A stretch of DNA of 64,000 bases from Nitrosomonas sp. (GTDB lineage: Bacteria > Pseudomonadota > Gammaproteobacteria > Burkholderiales > Nitrosomonadaceae), in contig JAMWZW010000008.1 in the NCBI GenBank assembly GCA_024281995.1, positions 29,806 to 93,805 of the forward strand, given 5' to 3'. A model generated the notes under the pieces. The model was not told the DNA's origin. It worked only from the letters and a program-made list of their open reading frames with translations, and did no database searches. Shown piece by piece: positions 48,349 through 58,004 of the stretch. The number at the start of each line of letters is the position of its first letter. The first letter of the stretch is position 1. A program made the position numbers and the translations under genes.

Positions 48349-49839
48349 ATGTTTGCCACTGCGGATGTGCCAATGAGATTTGCGAATCTATCGTTTGATC
48401 CAACCGCTTTGGCTAGCGCGTACAGCCGGAAACATCATGGTCGCTTTGTGGCGGAGCTGGGGGAGTTTATTCGCTTCCCGAGTATCAGTGCGCAGCCGCA
48501 GCATAAAGGCGATACGCAGCGTTGCGCGGCATGGTTGACTGATCATTTGAAAAAAATTGGCATGGAACGAGTAGCTGTGATTCCTACCAGCGGTCATCCC
48601 GTAGTTTATGCTGAGCACTGCCATGCAGCGGGAAAACCGATGGTGCTGATTTACGGCCACTATGATGTGCAACCGGCTGAGCCGCTGAGTGAATGGCGCT
48701 CGGCGCCGTTCGAGCCGGTGATCCGTGGAGACGATCTTTATGGCAGAGGCGCTTCGGATGATAAGGGGCAGCTTTTTACACATGTCAAGGCATTGGAAGC
48801 ATTGCTTCGAGGCGGTCAGGGGTTGCCCGTTAACATCAAGTGCCTGTTTGAGGGCGAAGAGGAAATAGGCAGCCCCAGTTTGCCTGATTTCATGATTGCC
48901 AACCGGCAGTTACTTGCTGCGGATTGTGCCGTGATATCGGATACGCAAATCCCGGCTGCCGGTCAACCTGCCATCACTTATGCCTTGCGAGGTTCAATCA
49001 ATTTTGAGCTGGAGATCACCGGGCAAAAGCGGGAACTACACTCGGGCGTGCTGGGCGGTGCCATTCATAATCCGCTGCAAGCGCTGTGTGAAATGATTGC
49101 GCAACTACATGATCAGGCTGGACGTATAGCTATTCCTGGTTTTTATGACCGTGTGCGGAGATGGGATATGAAGGAGCGTGCCTACATGAAAAGGGTTGGA
49201 CCGTCTGATGAAAAAATATTACAAGATGCTGGAGCGGCAATGGGTTGGGGGGAACGGAATTATTCATTGTATGAGCGTACTACAATCCGCCCTACTATCA
49301 CGGTAACCGCCATGCATGGCGGATATCAGGGTAGCGGTGTTAAAGCGGCTATCCCGACACACGCTGTGGCCAAACTGAACTTCCGTCTGGTACCAGACCA
49401 GGATCCGCAGGAAATTGATCGGTTATTCCGGGAATATGTCGAACAGATTACGCCTCCGGGTCTGCGGTTACGAGTTCGTACTTTTGCATCATCCCGGCCT
49501 GTACTGATAGGCCGCAGCCATCCTGCAGTAATGGCTGCGGCGCACGCCTATCGTCAGGGATTCGGGACAGCACCGGTATTTTTGCGCAATGGCGGCACGA
49601 TTCCGGTAGTTGGTCTGATTCAGGAAATTTTGCATCTGCCTGTTGTGTTGATGGGATTCGGTTTGCCAGATGACAGGATTCACGGATCGAATGAAAAATT
49701 TCATTTACCCAATTTTTTCAATGGCATTGAGACCAGCATCCGGTTTCTGACAGCAATGGGTCAGAGTCAGCATGCCAGTCTTGTCAGGCGGGATAACAGT
49801 CAGCAGATTCGTAACACAGGAACGTTTTGGGGGCCATGA
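48349..49839 (+). CDS. M20 family dipeptidase
   Basis: YGHYDVQP, GRGASDDKG, EGEEEIGS, IHGSNEK. Confidence 0.92.
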   Translation: MFATADVPMRFANLSFDPTALASAYSRKHHGRFVAELGEFIRFPSISAQPQHKGDTQRCAAWLTDHLKKIGMERVAVIPTSGHPVVYAEHCHAAGKPMVLIYGHYDVQPAEPLSEWRSAPFEPVIRGDDLYGRGASDDKGQLFTHVKALEALLRGGQGLPVNIKCLFEGEEEIGSPSLPDFMIANRQLLAADCAVISDTQIPAAGQPAITYALRGSINFELEITGQKRELHSGVLGGAIHNPLQALCEMIAQLHDQAGRIAIPGFYDRVRRWDMKERAYMKRVGPSDEKILQDAGAAMGWGERNYSLYERTTIRPTITVTAMHGGYQGSGVKAAIPTHAVAKLNFRLVPDQDPQEIDRLFREYVEQITPPGLRLRVRTFASSRPVLIGRSHPAVMAAAHAYRQGFGTAPVFLRNGGTIPVVGLIQEILHLPVVLMGFGLPDDRIHGSNEKFHLPNFFNGIETSIRFLTAMGQSQHASLVRRDNSQQIRNTGTFWGP

Positions 49840-50630
49840 TGATCATTGATTGCCACTGTCATGCCGGAAGCGGCGATGGGTTTACCGGACCCTGGGATAC
49901 GCGGGCGCCATTAGAGGATTATCTGCGCCGTGCCACTGCGGCAGGAATTCAGCGCAGTGTTTTATTTGCCGCATTTCATTCGGATTACGCTGCTGCCAAT
50001 AAAGAAGTGGCGAAAATTGTAGCTAGCCGGCCGGACAGGTTTTATGGATTTGCATTTGTGCATGCGGCCAGAGACCGCGGGCGGGTGCATAAATTGATCG
50101 AAACCGCTGTCAGACAATATGGATTTGCTGGGATCAAAGTGCATCGCCATGATGCGCCGATTACCCGGGAAATCTGTGATGCGGCGAGGGCTTTCGCTTT
50201 GCCGGTACTTTACGATGTGGTGGGAGAAGTATCGGTTTGTGAGTTGCTGGCGCAAGAATACCCGGATGTCAACTTCATTATTCCCCATTTAGGCAGTTTT
50301 GCCGACGATTGGCGTGCACAATTAGGTCTCATTGATCATTTGGTTCGTCATCCGAATATTTATGCGGATACCGCTGGTGTGCGGCGTTTCGATTTGCTGG
50401 AACAAGCGGTGAAACGCGCCGGAGCGGGCAAGATTTTGTTTGGTTCGGATGGGCCATGGCTTCATCCAGGCATTGAATTGGCAAAGATCAAGGCATTACG
50501 CCTTTCACCACAGCAAGAAAAATTGATTTTGGGAACTAATTTGCAGAAATTAATCCATTCTGCGCGACAGTATCGGCCATCCGCTTTATCCGGAAGGCAC
50601 AACACGGCGCCATTCGCTTTTTCCGAATAA
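49836..50630 (+). CDS. amidohydrolase family (Amidohydro_2) protein
   Basis: IDCHCH, GIKVH, IPHLG, ILFGSDGP; the ATG at 49836 overlaps the M20 stop (ATGA). Confidence 0.9.
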   Translation: MMIIDCHCHAGSGDGFTGPWDTRAPLEDYLRRATAAGIQRSVLFAAFHSDYAAANKEVAKIVASRPDRFYGFAFVHAARDRGRVHKLIETAVRQYGFAGIKVHRHDAPITREICDAARAFALPVLYDVVGEVSVCELLAQEYPDVNFIIPHLGSFADDWRAQLGLIDHLVRHPNIYADTAGVRRFDLLEQAVKRAGAGKILFGSDGPWLHPGIELAKIKALRLSPQQEKLILGTNLQKLIHSARQYRPSALSGRHNTAPFAFSE

Positions 50631-50655
50631 AACTCCGCAGACGAAGATAGCGTAA

Positions 50656-52053
50656 TCAATACTCGCTATTTTCCTGGCGTTGCGCTGCCCGGCGCAACTG
50701 TAAGGCACGGTCGGTTACGCCGAGACGTTGCGCGGCGCGTTGTAAATTGCCGTTTGCTTCGTCGACCGCGATACGAATGGCGGTTTCTTCGGTGTCTTTG
50801 CTGATAGTTTTGAGTCCCATGCCGCGGTTCAGCGCGATGCGGATTGCCCGCTCAAAACTCATGTCGCGCCATTCTTTCCAATCTTCAGATAAAACCGGCC
50901 GTTCATCCGGCGGAATACAGCCAACAGTAATAGGGCCTTCACCCGCATAGCGGCACAACATCCGCGCGATTACCTGCTTGAGGTCGCGTACATTGCCCGG
51001 GTATTGCCTGCGTAACAGATATTCTTGCACAGGCTTATCAATGGTGGGCACATTGTGGTTCGTGCAGTTTTTTTTTAGGAAATGATTGGCTAGAGGCAAA
51101 ATGTCTTCAGATCGTTCGCGCAGAGGTGGTAAGCGGCATATATAGCTGGCAATTCGGTAATAGAGATCGGCACGGAATTCGCCGCGTTGAACTTGTGCCA
51201 TGAGGTCGCGATTGGTGGCGCAAATTAATCGGAATGAGGTGCGTTGCCAGGCATTGCCGCCGACACGTTTGTAAGTTTGCTCTTGAATGACCCGTAAAAG
51301 CTGAGTTTGCATGGTCAAGGATAATTCGCCCACTTCGTCCAGAAAAAGCGTGCCGCCGTTTGCGAGCGCGAATACACCATCCCGTGAAGATGCAGCACCT
51401 GTAAATGCCCCCCGTTCATGACCGAAAAATTCACTGCCCGATAATTCCGGCACAATAGTCGTGCAATCCAGAATGACAAGCTCGCCCTTATCGGTGCGAT
51501 TGTCGAGCGAGTGTATGAGATTGGCCAGTAATTCCTTTCCTGTTCCGCTTTCGCCGAGAATTAATACCGATACGTTGGTAAAGCGCGCGACTTCGATCAC
51601 TTGGCGTAATATGGTTTGCAGTGTTTGGCTTGTACCAACCAATGCATTTTGAACAAGCGAAGAATTGAGTAACCGATTGATGGCTTCCCAGCGGCGCAGG
51701 CGGGCGGTGATTTCATGAATGATCAAATTATCTTTTGTGCAAACCAGTACATCAGACGCGCCCGCTTCCATTAATTGCCAGATGGCTTCTCCTGAAATCG
51801 CTTCGTGACAGCAGGCAAGGACTTGTATTTGACCGTTGTGGCTAAGTTCGCATAACTGTTCGCAGAGTTCCGGGGTTACTTTGTTGCTAAAGACGATACC
51901 GGAGTGACTGCAGGGAACGCGATAATCTTGTACTTTGATGCCCTGCTGGGTCAAGAGGTCGATGAATTTACAAATAGTTTTTTCCGAGTACTCTCCGACG
52001 CCGCGAATCCAGACAGTGGTAGGTTCAGATATATCATTAAAGAAAGTATCCAT
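50656..52053 (-). CDS. sigma-54-dependent transcriptional activator (bEBP) with degenerate receiver-like N-domain
   Basis: GESGTGKE, FFGHERGAFTGA, LFLDEVGE, FRADLYYRI and a Fis-type HTH; the ATG at 52053 is preferred (TTG at 52065 is an alternative). Confidence 0.93.
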   Translation of the reverse strand: MDTFFNDISEPTTVWIRGVGEYSEKTICKFIDLLTQQGIKVQDYRVPCSHSGIVFSNKVTPELCEQLCELSHNGQIQVLACCHEAISGEAIWQLMEAGASDVLVCTKDNLIIHEITARLRRWEAINRLLNSSLVQNALVGTSQTLQTILRQVIEVARFTNVSVLILGESGTGKELLANLIHSLDNRTDKGELVILDCTTIVPELSGSEFFGHERGAFTGAASSRDGVFALANGGTLFLDEVGELSLTMQTQLLRVIQEQTYKRVGGNAWQRTSFRLICATNRDLMAQVQRGEFRADLYYRIASYICRLPPLRERSEDILPLANHFLKKNCTNHNVPTIDKPVQEYLLRRQYPGNVRDLKQVIARMLCRYAGEGPITVGCIPPDERPVLSEDWKEWRDMSFERAIRIALNRGMGLKTISKDTEETAIRIAVDEANGNLQRAAQRLGVTDRALQLRRAAQRQENSEY

Positions 52054-52792
52054 AGTATTTAGCAACGAACTGATTGAATTACATCCACGAAGAATCCGGA
52101 AGGGCTCTTCTCATGTTTGATAATTGCTTGCAGTCAGTGTCGCTATACTTGGATTTTTTGATCAGCCGAATTACTTCTTATTAGTATTCAGCAGGTTGTT
52201 ATTGAAGTGTTGTTCAAGCAATTATTTTTTCATTGCATGGCGGTTAATTTCCATGCCTGCAATTTCATTCTAAAGTAAATTACCTTAATCTTGAATAAGA
52301 TTTATGTATTCTTTTAATTACTTCATGATTTCTATGATAGATATATTGGTTAATCCGGATTCTCACTAAGTAAGCAGCACTGATTGAATCTTACTTCGGC
52401 GCTCAATAGGAGGTGGTTTGAGCGCGTACGTTGCTATCTTATAAACTTAATGAAAGTCCGGTTTTAATCTGAATTGGCAACAAATCCCTATACTTGTGCT
52501 AGCGATATTTCCATTCATTGATAATAAAGTTATCACCGAATTGTTTAATTTGAAGTGAGATTAATCACATGTCCTGCAATTTTATGGCATCATCGTTAAA
52601 CAGTTGAAATTTGGACTATTAGAAAATCTATTACCAGTCAAAGTATTGTGGCGATCTGAAGTGGTTGTTCTTACATTTCATCTGATTCTTCTCATATTTG
52701 CATTGACCTGATATGGCTTATTGCGTTATTTTTACCCATTTTTATAATAGAGCCTTTGATGGGTTACAGTTTTTTATTGGTTGGCGATTTTT

Positions 52793-53047
52793 ATGGCCAA
52801 ATCTTCTAAACAAGTTGCTTCAACGCAACCAGAGAGCTTTGAAGCGGCATCGGCTGAGTTGGAAAAGATAGTATTGGCGATGGAAACAGGGCAAATGTCA
52901 TTGGAGGCTTCGTTATCAGCCTATCAGCGCGGGGTCGTGTTATTGCAATATTGCCAGAATAAATTGCAGGATGCGCAGCAACAAGTAAAGATACTTGAAG
53001 CCGATATGTTAAAAAATTTTACCAAACCTGATCCTGATGAGCGCTGA
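52793..53047 (+). CDS. xseB: exodeoxyribonuclease VII small subunit
   Basis: SFEAASAELEKIV..ME.GQMSLEASLSAYQRG; upstream of ispA. Confidence 0.95.
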   Translation: MAKSSKQVASTQPESFEAASAELEKIVLAMETGQMSLEASLSAYQRGVVLLQYCQNKLQDAQQQVKILEADMLKNFTKPDPDER

Positions 53048-53930
53048 TTTTCAGAACTGGGCCACTAGCTGCCAGGCACGTATCGAAACATTCTTGGAGG
53101 CAAGATTGCCTGCAATAGATTGTGTTCCCGAGCGATTACACAAAGCCATGCGATATTCCGTACTGGGAGGAGGCAAGCGGGTGCGCCCGTTGTTATCCTT
53201 CGCGGCCGGAGAGCTTGCGGGTGCTGATGTTGTACGTGTTACCAGCGTGGCTGCTGCAGTAGAACTTATTCATGCTTATTCGCTGGTGCATGATGATTTG
53301 CCGTGTATGGATGATGATATTTTGCGGCGTGGTAAACCTACGTGTCACGTAGAATTTGATGAAGCTACTGCGTTATTGACGGGCGATAGTTTGCAAACGT
53401 TGGCTTTTGAGATATTGGCAGAAAAGCGTTTGACTGATGGGCCAGAGTCGCAATTAGAAATGATTGCACATTTAGCGCTAGCAGCGGGTTCACGGGGAAT
53501 GGCGGGGGGGCAAGCATTTGATCTTGATAGCGTCGGTAAACCACTCAGCTTACCGGAGCTGGAATATATGCATATTCACAAAACCGGTGCGCTTATTCGA
53601 GCTGCTGTGATGCTTGGTGCTCGTTGTAGTAGTCGTTTAAACGATGAGCAACTGGGTAAATTAGATCATTTTGCCAAATGTGTCGGTTTGGCATTTCAGG
53701 TAGTCGATGACTTGCTGGATACAGAAGCAACGACGGCGACACTGGGTAAAACTGCCGGTAAAGATGCGGAGAACAATAAGCCCACTTATGTCAGTATCCT
53801 AGGTATAAGCGAAGCGCGAGAGTTGGCGCAGAAGTTACAATGCGACGCTGATCAAGTTTTGAATAGTTTTGGTGAAGGTGCATTGCGGTTGCGTCAAGTT
53901 ACTGATTTCATTATTAAACGTAAATTCTAA
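53037..53930 (+). CDS. ispA: farnesyl diphosphate synthase
   Basis: GGKRVRP, SLVHDDLPCMDDD..RRGKPT, FQVVDD, GKTAGKD. Confidence 0.95.
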   Translation: MSADFQNWATSCQARIETFLEARLPAIDCVPERLHKAMRYSVLGGGKRVRPLLSFAAGELAGADVVRVTSVAAAVELIHAYSLVHDDLPCMDDDILRRGKPTCHVEFDEATALLTGDSLQTLAFEILAEKRLTDGPESQLEMIAHLALAAGSRGMAGGQAFDLDSVGKPLSLPELEYMHIHKTGALIRAAVMLGARCSSRLNDEQLGKLDHFAKCVGLAFQVVDDLLDTEATTATLGKTAGKDAENNKPTYVSILGISEARELAQKLQCDADQVLNSFGEGALRLRQVTDFIIKRKF

Positions 53931-53964
53931 ATTTCTTCTTGATCTATTTATTTCCAGGATTTGA

Positions 53965-55809
53965 ATGTATCCACTACTAGATACCATTAATTCACCATCC
54001 CAGTTACGTGAACTGGAGCAAAAAAAGTTACCTCAATTTGCCAAAGAGTTACGCAACTTTCTGGTTGAGTCAGTTGCTAAAACCGGTGGACATTTATCTT
54101 CCAATTTGGGTACGGTTGAATTGACCATTGCCTTGCACTATGTATTCAATACACCTTACGATCAGCTTGTTTGGGATGTGGGGCACCAGACTTACGCACA
54201 CAAAATTTTGACAGGCCGGCGAGAAGGTATGAGCAAGCTTCGCATGCAAGGTGGCATAGCAGGTTTTCCTCGTCGCGATGAAAGTGAATATGATGCATTC
54301 GGTACTGCGCATTCAAGTACCTCGATTAGTGCTGCTTTGGGTATGGCAGTAGCTGCGCGATTAAACAAATCGGATCGGCGCGCAATTGCCATTATTGGTG
54401 ATGGTGCCATGAGTGCGGGTATGGCTTTTGAAGCACTCAATAATGCCGGGGTGATGGATGCTAATTTGTTGGTAATCCTGAATGATAACGATATGTCGAT
54501 ATCACCGCCGGTGGGAGCATTGAATAATTATTTAGCCAAGTTGATGTCTGGACGGTTTTATGCCACAGCGCGCCGTGCTGGTGAGAAAGTGCTTGGTGTG
54601 GTCCCTTCCGTGCTGGAGCTGGCAAAACGCGCTGAAGAGCACGTTAAAGGCATGGTAACTCCCGGCACATTGTTTGAAGAATTTGGATTTAATTATATCG
54701 GTCCGATTGATGGGCATGATTTGGATGTTTTGATTACGACTCTAAAAAATATTAAACTTCTTGATGGGCCGCAATTTCTACACGTGGTTACTCGCAAAGG
54801 AGCTGGCTATAAAGTTGCCGAAGAAGATCCAATTTTATATCACGGTGTTGGTAAGTTTGATCCGAAAAAAGGAATTGTCACCAAATCTAACGGTAAGCCG
54901 ACTTACACCCAGGTTTTTGGTGATTGGTTGTGCGATATGGCCGCGCAAGATTCCCGTTTGATAGGTGTCACACCGGCAATGCGTGAGGGTTCTGGCTTGG
55001 TGCGTTTTTCACAAGAATATCCAGAGCGGTATTTTGATGTGGGCATTGCGGAGCAGCATGCGGTTACTTTTGCTGCAGGTGCAGCATGCGACGGCTTGAA
55101 ACCGGTAGTTGCGATTTATTCGACCTTCTTGCAGCGTGCGTATGATCAATTCATTCACGATGTTGCTATCCAAAATCTTCCTGTTGTTTTTGCCATTGAT
55201 CGCGCCGGTTTGGTGGGTGCCGATGGACCTACGCATGCAGGAAGTTTTGATTTATCCTATCTGAGATGCATTCCGAACATCACAGTTATGGCTCCAGCGG
55301 ATGAAAATGAATGCAGGCAGATGTTGTTTACTGCTTTTAAACTGGATACGCCATCAGCAGTACGTTATCCGCGAGGATCAGGAGTGGGAGTGCAAGTGCA
55401 GAAAAAGATGCAAGCACTGCCGATAGGTCGTGGTGAGGTGCGGCGTCAAGGTGAGAGAATTGCATTGTTGGCGTTTGGCAGCATGTTGGCGCCGTGCATG
55501 GAAGCTGCAGAAGAGCTCAATGCGACGGTAGTAAATATGCGTTTTGTCAAACCGCTCGATGATGAATTAGTGGCTGCTTTGGCGAATAGTCATGAGCTGC
55601 TGATTACCGTGGAAGAGAATACCATAATAGGTGGTGCAGGCAGTGCTGTAACAGAATCGCTCAATAGCCAACGAATTGATGCCCAAGTATTACAATTGGG
55701 ATTGCCGGATATTTTTATCGATCAAGGGGATCATGCGCAAATGCTTGCAGATTGTGGATTAGATAAGAATGGTATTATTAAGTCAGCACGATTAATCGTA
55801 GGTGAATAA
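53965..55809 (+). CDS. dxs: 1-deoxy-D-xylulose-5-phosphate synthase
   Basis: [43 protein letters not shown]. Confidence 0.98.
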   Translation: MYPLLDTINSPSQLRELEQKKLPQFAKELRNFLVESVAKTGGHLSSNLGTVELTIALHYVFNTPYDQLVWDVGHQTYAHKILTGRREGMSKLRMQGGIAGFPRRDESEYDAFGTAHSSTSISAALGMAVAARLNKSDRRAIAIIGDGAMSAGMAFEALNNAGVMDANLLVILNDNDMSISPPVGALNNYLAKLMSGRFYATARRAGEKVLGVVPSVLELAKRAEEHVKGMVTPGTLFEEFGFNYIGPIDGHDLDVLITTLKNIKLLDGPQFLHVVTRKGAGYKVAEEDPILYHGVGKFDPKKGIVTKSNGKPTYTQVFGDWLCDMAAQDSRLIGVTPAMREGSGLVRFSQEYPERYFDVGIAEQHAVTFAAGAACDGLKPVVAIYSTFLQRAYDQFIHDVAIQNLPVVFAIDRAGLVGADGPTHAGSFDLSYLRCIPNITVMAPADENECRQMLFTAFKLDTPSAVRYPRGSGVGVQVQKKMQALPIGRGEVRRQGERIALLAFGSMLAPCMEAAEELNATVVNMRFVKPLDDELVAALANSHELLITVEENTIIGGAGSAVTESLNSQRIDAQVLQLGLPDIFIDQGDHAQMLADCGLDKNGIIKSARLIVGE

Positions 55810-55922
55810 CTTTTACCTTTAATGAGTGTCTATTTTTCTGTGACAGCATTAATTTTGACCTGGAATTGATTAGCACATTATTCAATTGTTGCCAGGTATT
55901 CCTCGTTGCTTAGGAGAAAAAT

Positions 55923-56726
55923 ATGAATAAACAAATAGATTTACCGATTGCTGATGTACAGAATACACTTGATACTCGACGTATCGCGATCGATAGGGTG
56001 GGGATTAAGGCTATACGTCACCCCGTAGTTGTCGCGGACAAAGATGATGGCGTGCAACACACCGTGGCAATTTTCAACATGTATGTGAATTTACCGCATA
56101 ATTTCAAAGGCACACATATGTCTCGCTTTGTTGAGATTTTGAATAGTCATGAACGGGAGATTTCTGTCGAATCCTTCCAACTTATGTTGCGGGAAATGAT
56201 CGAAAAATTGGGAGCGGATTCGGGCCATATCGAGATGACTTTTCCTTATTTCATTAATAAATCCGCGCCTGTTTCTCAAGTAAAAAGCTTATTGGATTAT
56301 GACGTGACGTTTACGGGCGAGATTAAAAATCACGAGTATTTCTTTACGATGAAAGTGGTCGTTCCGGTTACCAGTTTATGCCCATGTTCTAAAAAAATAT
56401 CCAATTATGGTGCTCATAATCAACGGTCGCATGTCACTATTTCAGTGCGTACCAACAGTTTTGTATGGATTGAAGACATTATTAGGATTGCCGAGGATAA
56501 GGCATCGTGTGAATTATATGGCCTTTTAAAAAGACCTGATGAAAAGTACGTAACCGAGCGAGCCTATGATAATCCTAAGTTTGTGGAAGATATCGTAAGA
56601 GATATTGCAGAAGTACTTAATCGTGATGAACGTATCGATGCGTATGTAGTTGAATCAGAAAATTTTGAATCTATTCATAATCATTCGGCCTATGCATTGA
56701 TAGAAAGTGATAAGAAGAAACACTAA
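55923..56726 (+). CDS. folE2: GTP cyclohydrolase FolE2
   Basis: [40 protein letters not shown]. Confidence 0.95.
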   Translation: MNKQIDLPIADVQNTLDTRRIAIDRVGIKAIRHPVVVADKDDGVQHTVAIFNMYVNLPHNFKGTHMSRFVEILNSHEREISVESFQLMLREMIEKLGADSGHIEMTFPYFINKSAPVSQVKSLLDYDVTFTGEIKNHEYFFTMKVVVPVTSLCPCSKKISNYGAHNQRSHVTISVRTNSFVWIEDIIRIAEDKASCELYGLLKRPDEKYVTERAYDNPKFVEDIVRDIAEVLNRDERIDAYVVESENFESIHNHSAYALIESDKKKH

Positions 56727-56839
56727 AAGATTTCCAAGGCGAAATTCTTAATACGCTGTTTTGTTTAAAAAAATATGAATTGAAAGTAAATATAGCCTGC
56801 AATTCCTGGCGTAATCTTGTTGAACGGAGAATGGATCAT

Positions 56840-57946
56840 ATGTCACATTTGATTATCCAAGAACGTGCCAGGGGGGCGATTATGGGAGCTTTCATTGGCG
56901 ATGCTTTAGCAGTTGGTCCGCATTGGTATTACGATCTTATGGAAATGCGGCGCGATTATGGAGAGTGGATCACTACGTACACAGATCCAAAACCGGGTCG
57001 CTATCATAGTGGGCGCAAAGCAGGTCAGCTCTCGCAATCCGGCATCATTCTTAAGCTCATGCTTAAATCCCTTGTTGCGCACGGTGGTTATGATGAGAGG
57101 GATTTCTGCCATCGCATGGATGAAGAACTTTTTCCATTCCTTGATGGTAAACCAATGAGCGGGCCGGGTGGTTACACCAGTCAATCCATTCGGACAGTAT
57201 GGCGGCGACGCGTTGAGCAGCAGTTGCCATGGGGGCAAGTTGGCAGTCATGCTGATGATACCGAAGCGATTGAACGTACACTGGCATTGGGTGTGCGTTA
57301 TGCATTCCAGCCTGTAGAGCTCGCTCATACCATTGCAAGCAATACAGCCCTAACCCAAATTGATGAAGCCGTGATCTCCATGACAGTTGCTTATGCGGCG
57401 GTGCTAGGTATGCTGGTGCAGGGACATGCACTGGATAAAGCATTATCCGAAAAGTTAATGAAATTGGTAAAAAGTGGAAAGCTACCCTTTCATGCAGTAA
57501 CTTTTGACGATTTGCAGCCACCGCGACCAGGCGACCCTGATCCGCCACGTGCTGGAAAATTTGCTTCACCCGATGCTTTGTTGACGCCATCCTATATGGC
57601 TCAAGCTGCAGCGGATCCGGATATACGCATTGAACCGGCATGGAAGGTATCGATTGTCTATGGTATGCCTTGTGCCATTTATCACCAGCTTCCTGCTGTT
57701 TATTACCTTGCCGCACGTTTCTGTGATGATTTTGAGTCAGCCGTATTGCATGCTGTCAATGGTGGTGGGCAAAATCAGGCGCGTGCGATTCTCACCGGTG
57801 CATTGGTAGGCGCACAAGTGGGTCTTTCCGGCATTCCGCAACGTTTTCTTGATGGACTTGAAGATCTGAGTGTACTCAAGAGCCTTGCTACAGATCTTTC
57901 TTCACAGCTAATCGGCTCCGTTGCTAATTCCACTGAGCAATTATAA
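56840..57946 (+). CDS. ADP-ribosylglycohydrolase-family protein with altered catalytic motifs
   Basis: GAFIGDALAVG and AILTGALVGA match the family. The usual TDDT and DTDT acidic motifs appear as SQSG and QNQA. Start chosen from the GGAGA RBS spacing. Confidence 0.8.
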   Translation: MSHLIIQERARGAIMGAFIGDALAVGPHWYYDLMEMRRDYGEWITTYTDPKPGRYHSGRKAGQLSQSGIILKLMLKSLVAHGGYDERDFCHRMDEELFPFLDGKPMSGPGGYTSQSIRTVWRRRVEQQLPWGQVGSHADDTEAIERTLALGVRYAFQPVELAHTIASNTALTQIDEAVISMTVAYAAVLGMLVQGHALDKALSEKLMKLVKSGKLPFHAVTFDDLQPPRPGDPDPPRAGKFASPDALLTPSYMAQAAADPDIRIEPAWKVSIVYGMPCAIYHQLPAVYYLAARFCDDFESAVLHAVNGGGQNQARAILTGALVGAQVGLSGIPQRFLDGLEDLSVLKSLATDLSSQLIGSVANSTEQL

Positions 57947-58004
57947 ATTTCAACTGAATACTGATAGAGTGAAATCTGTAAATAAATAGATGCCCAATTT
58001 CAGC

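Noticed and set aside
37633-50630. The operon as a prophage, tailocin/eCIS, T6SS or encapsulin locus
   Set aside because: No capsid, terminase, sheath, tube, baseplate, VgrG/PAAR, holin or integrase gene was recognised; only one tail-fibre-like motif is present.
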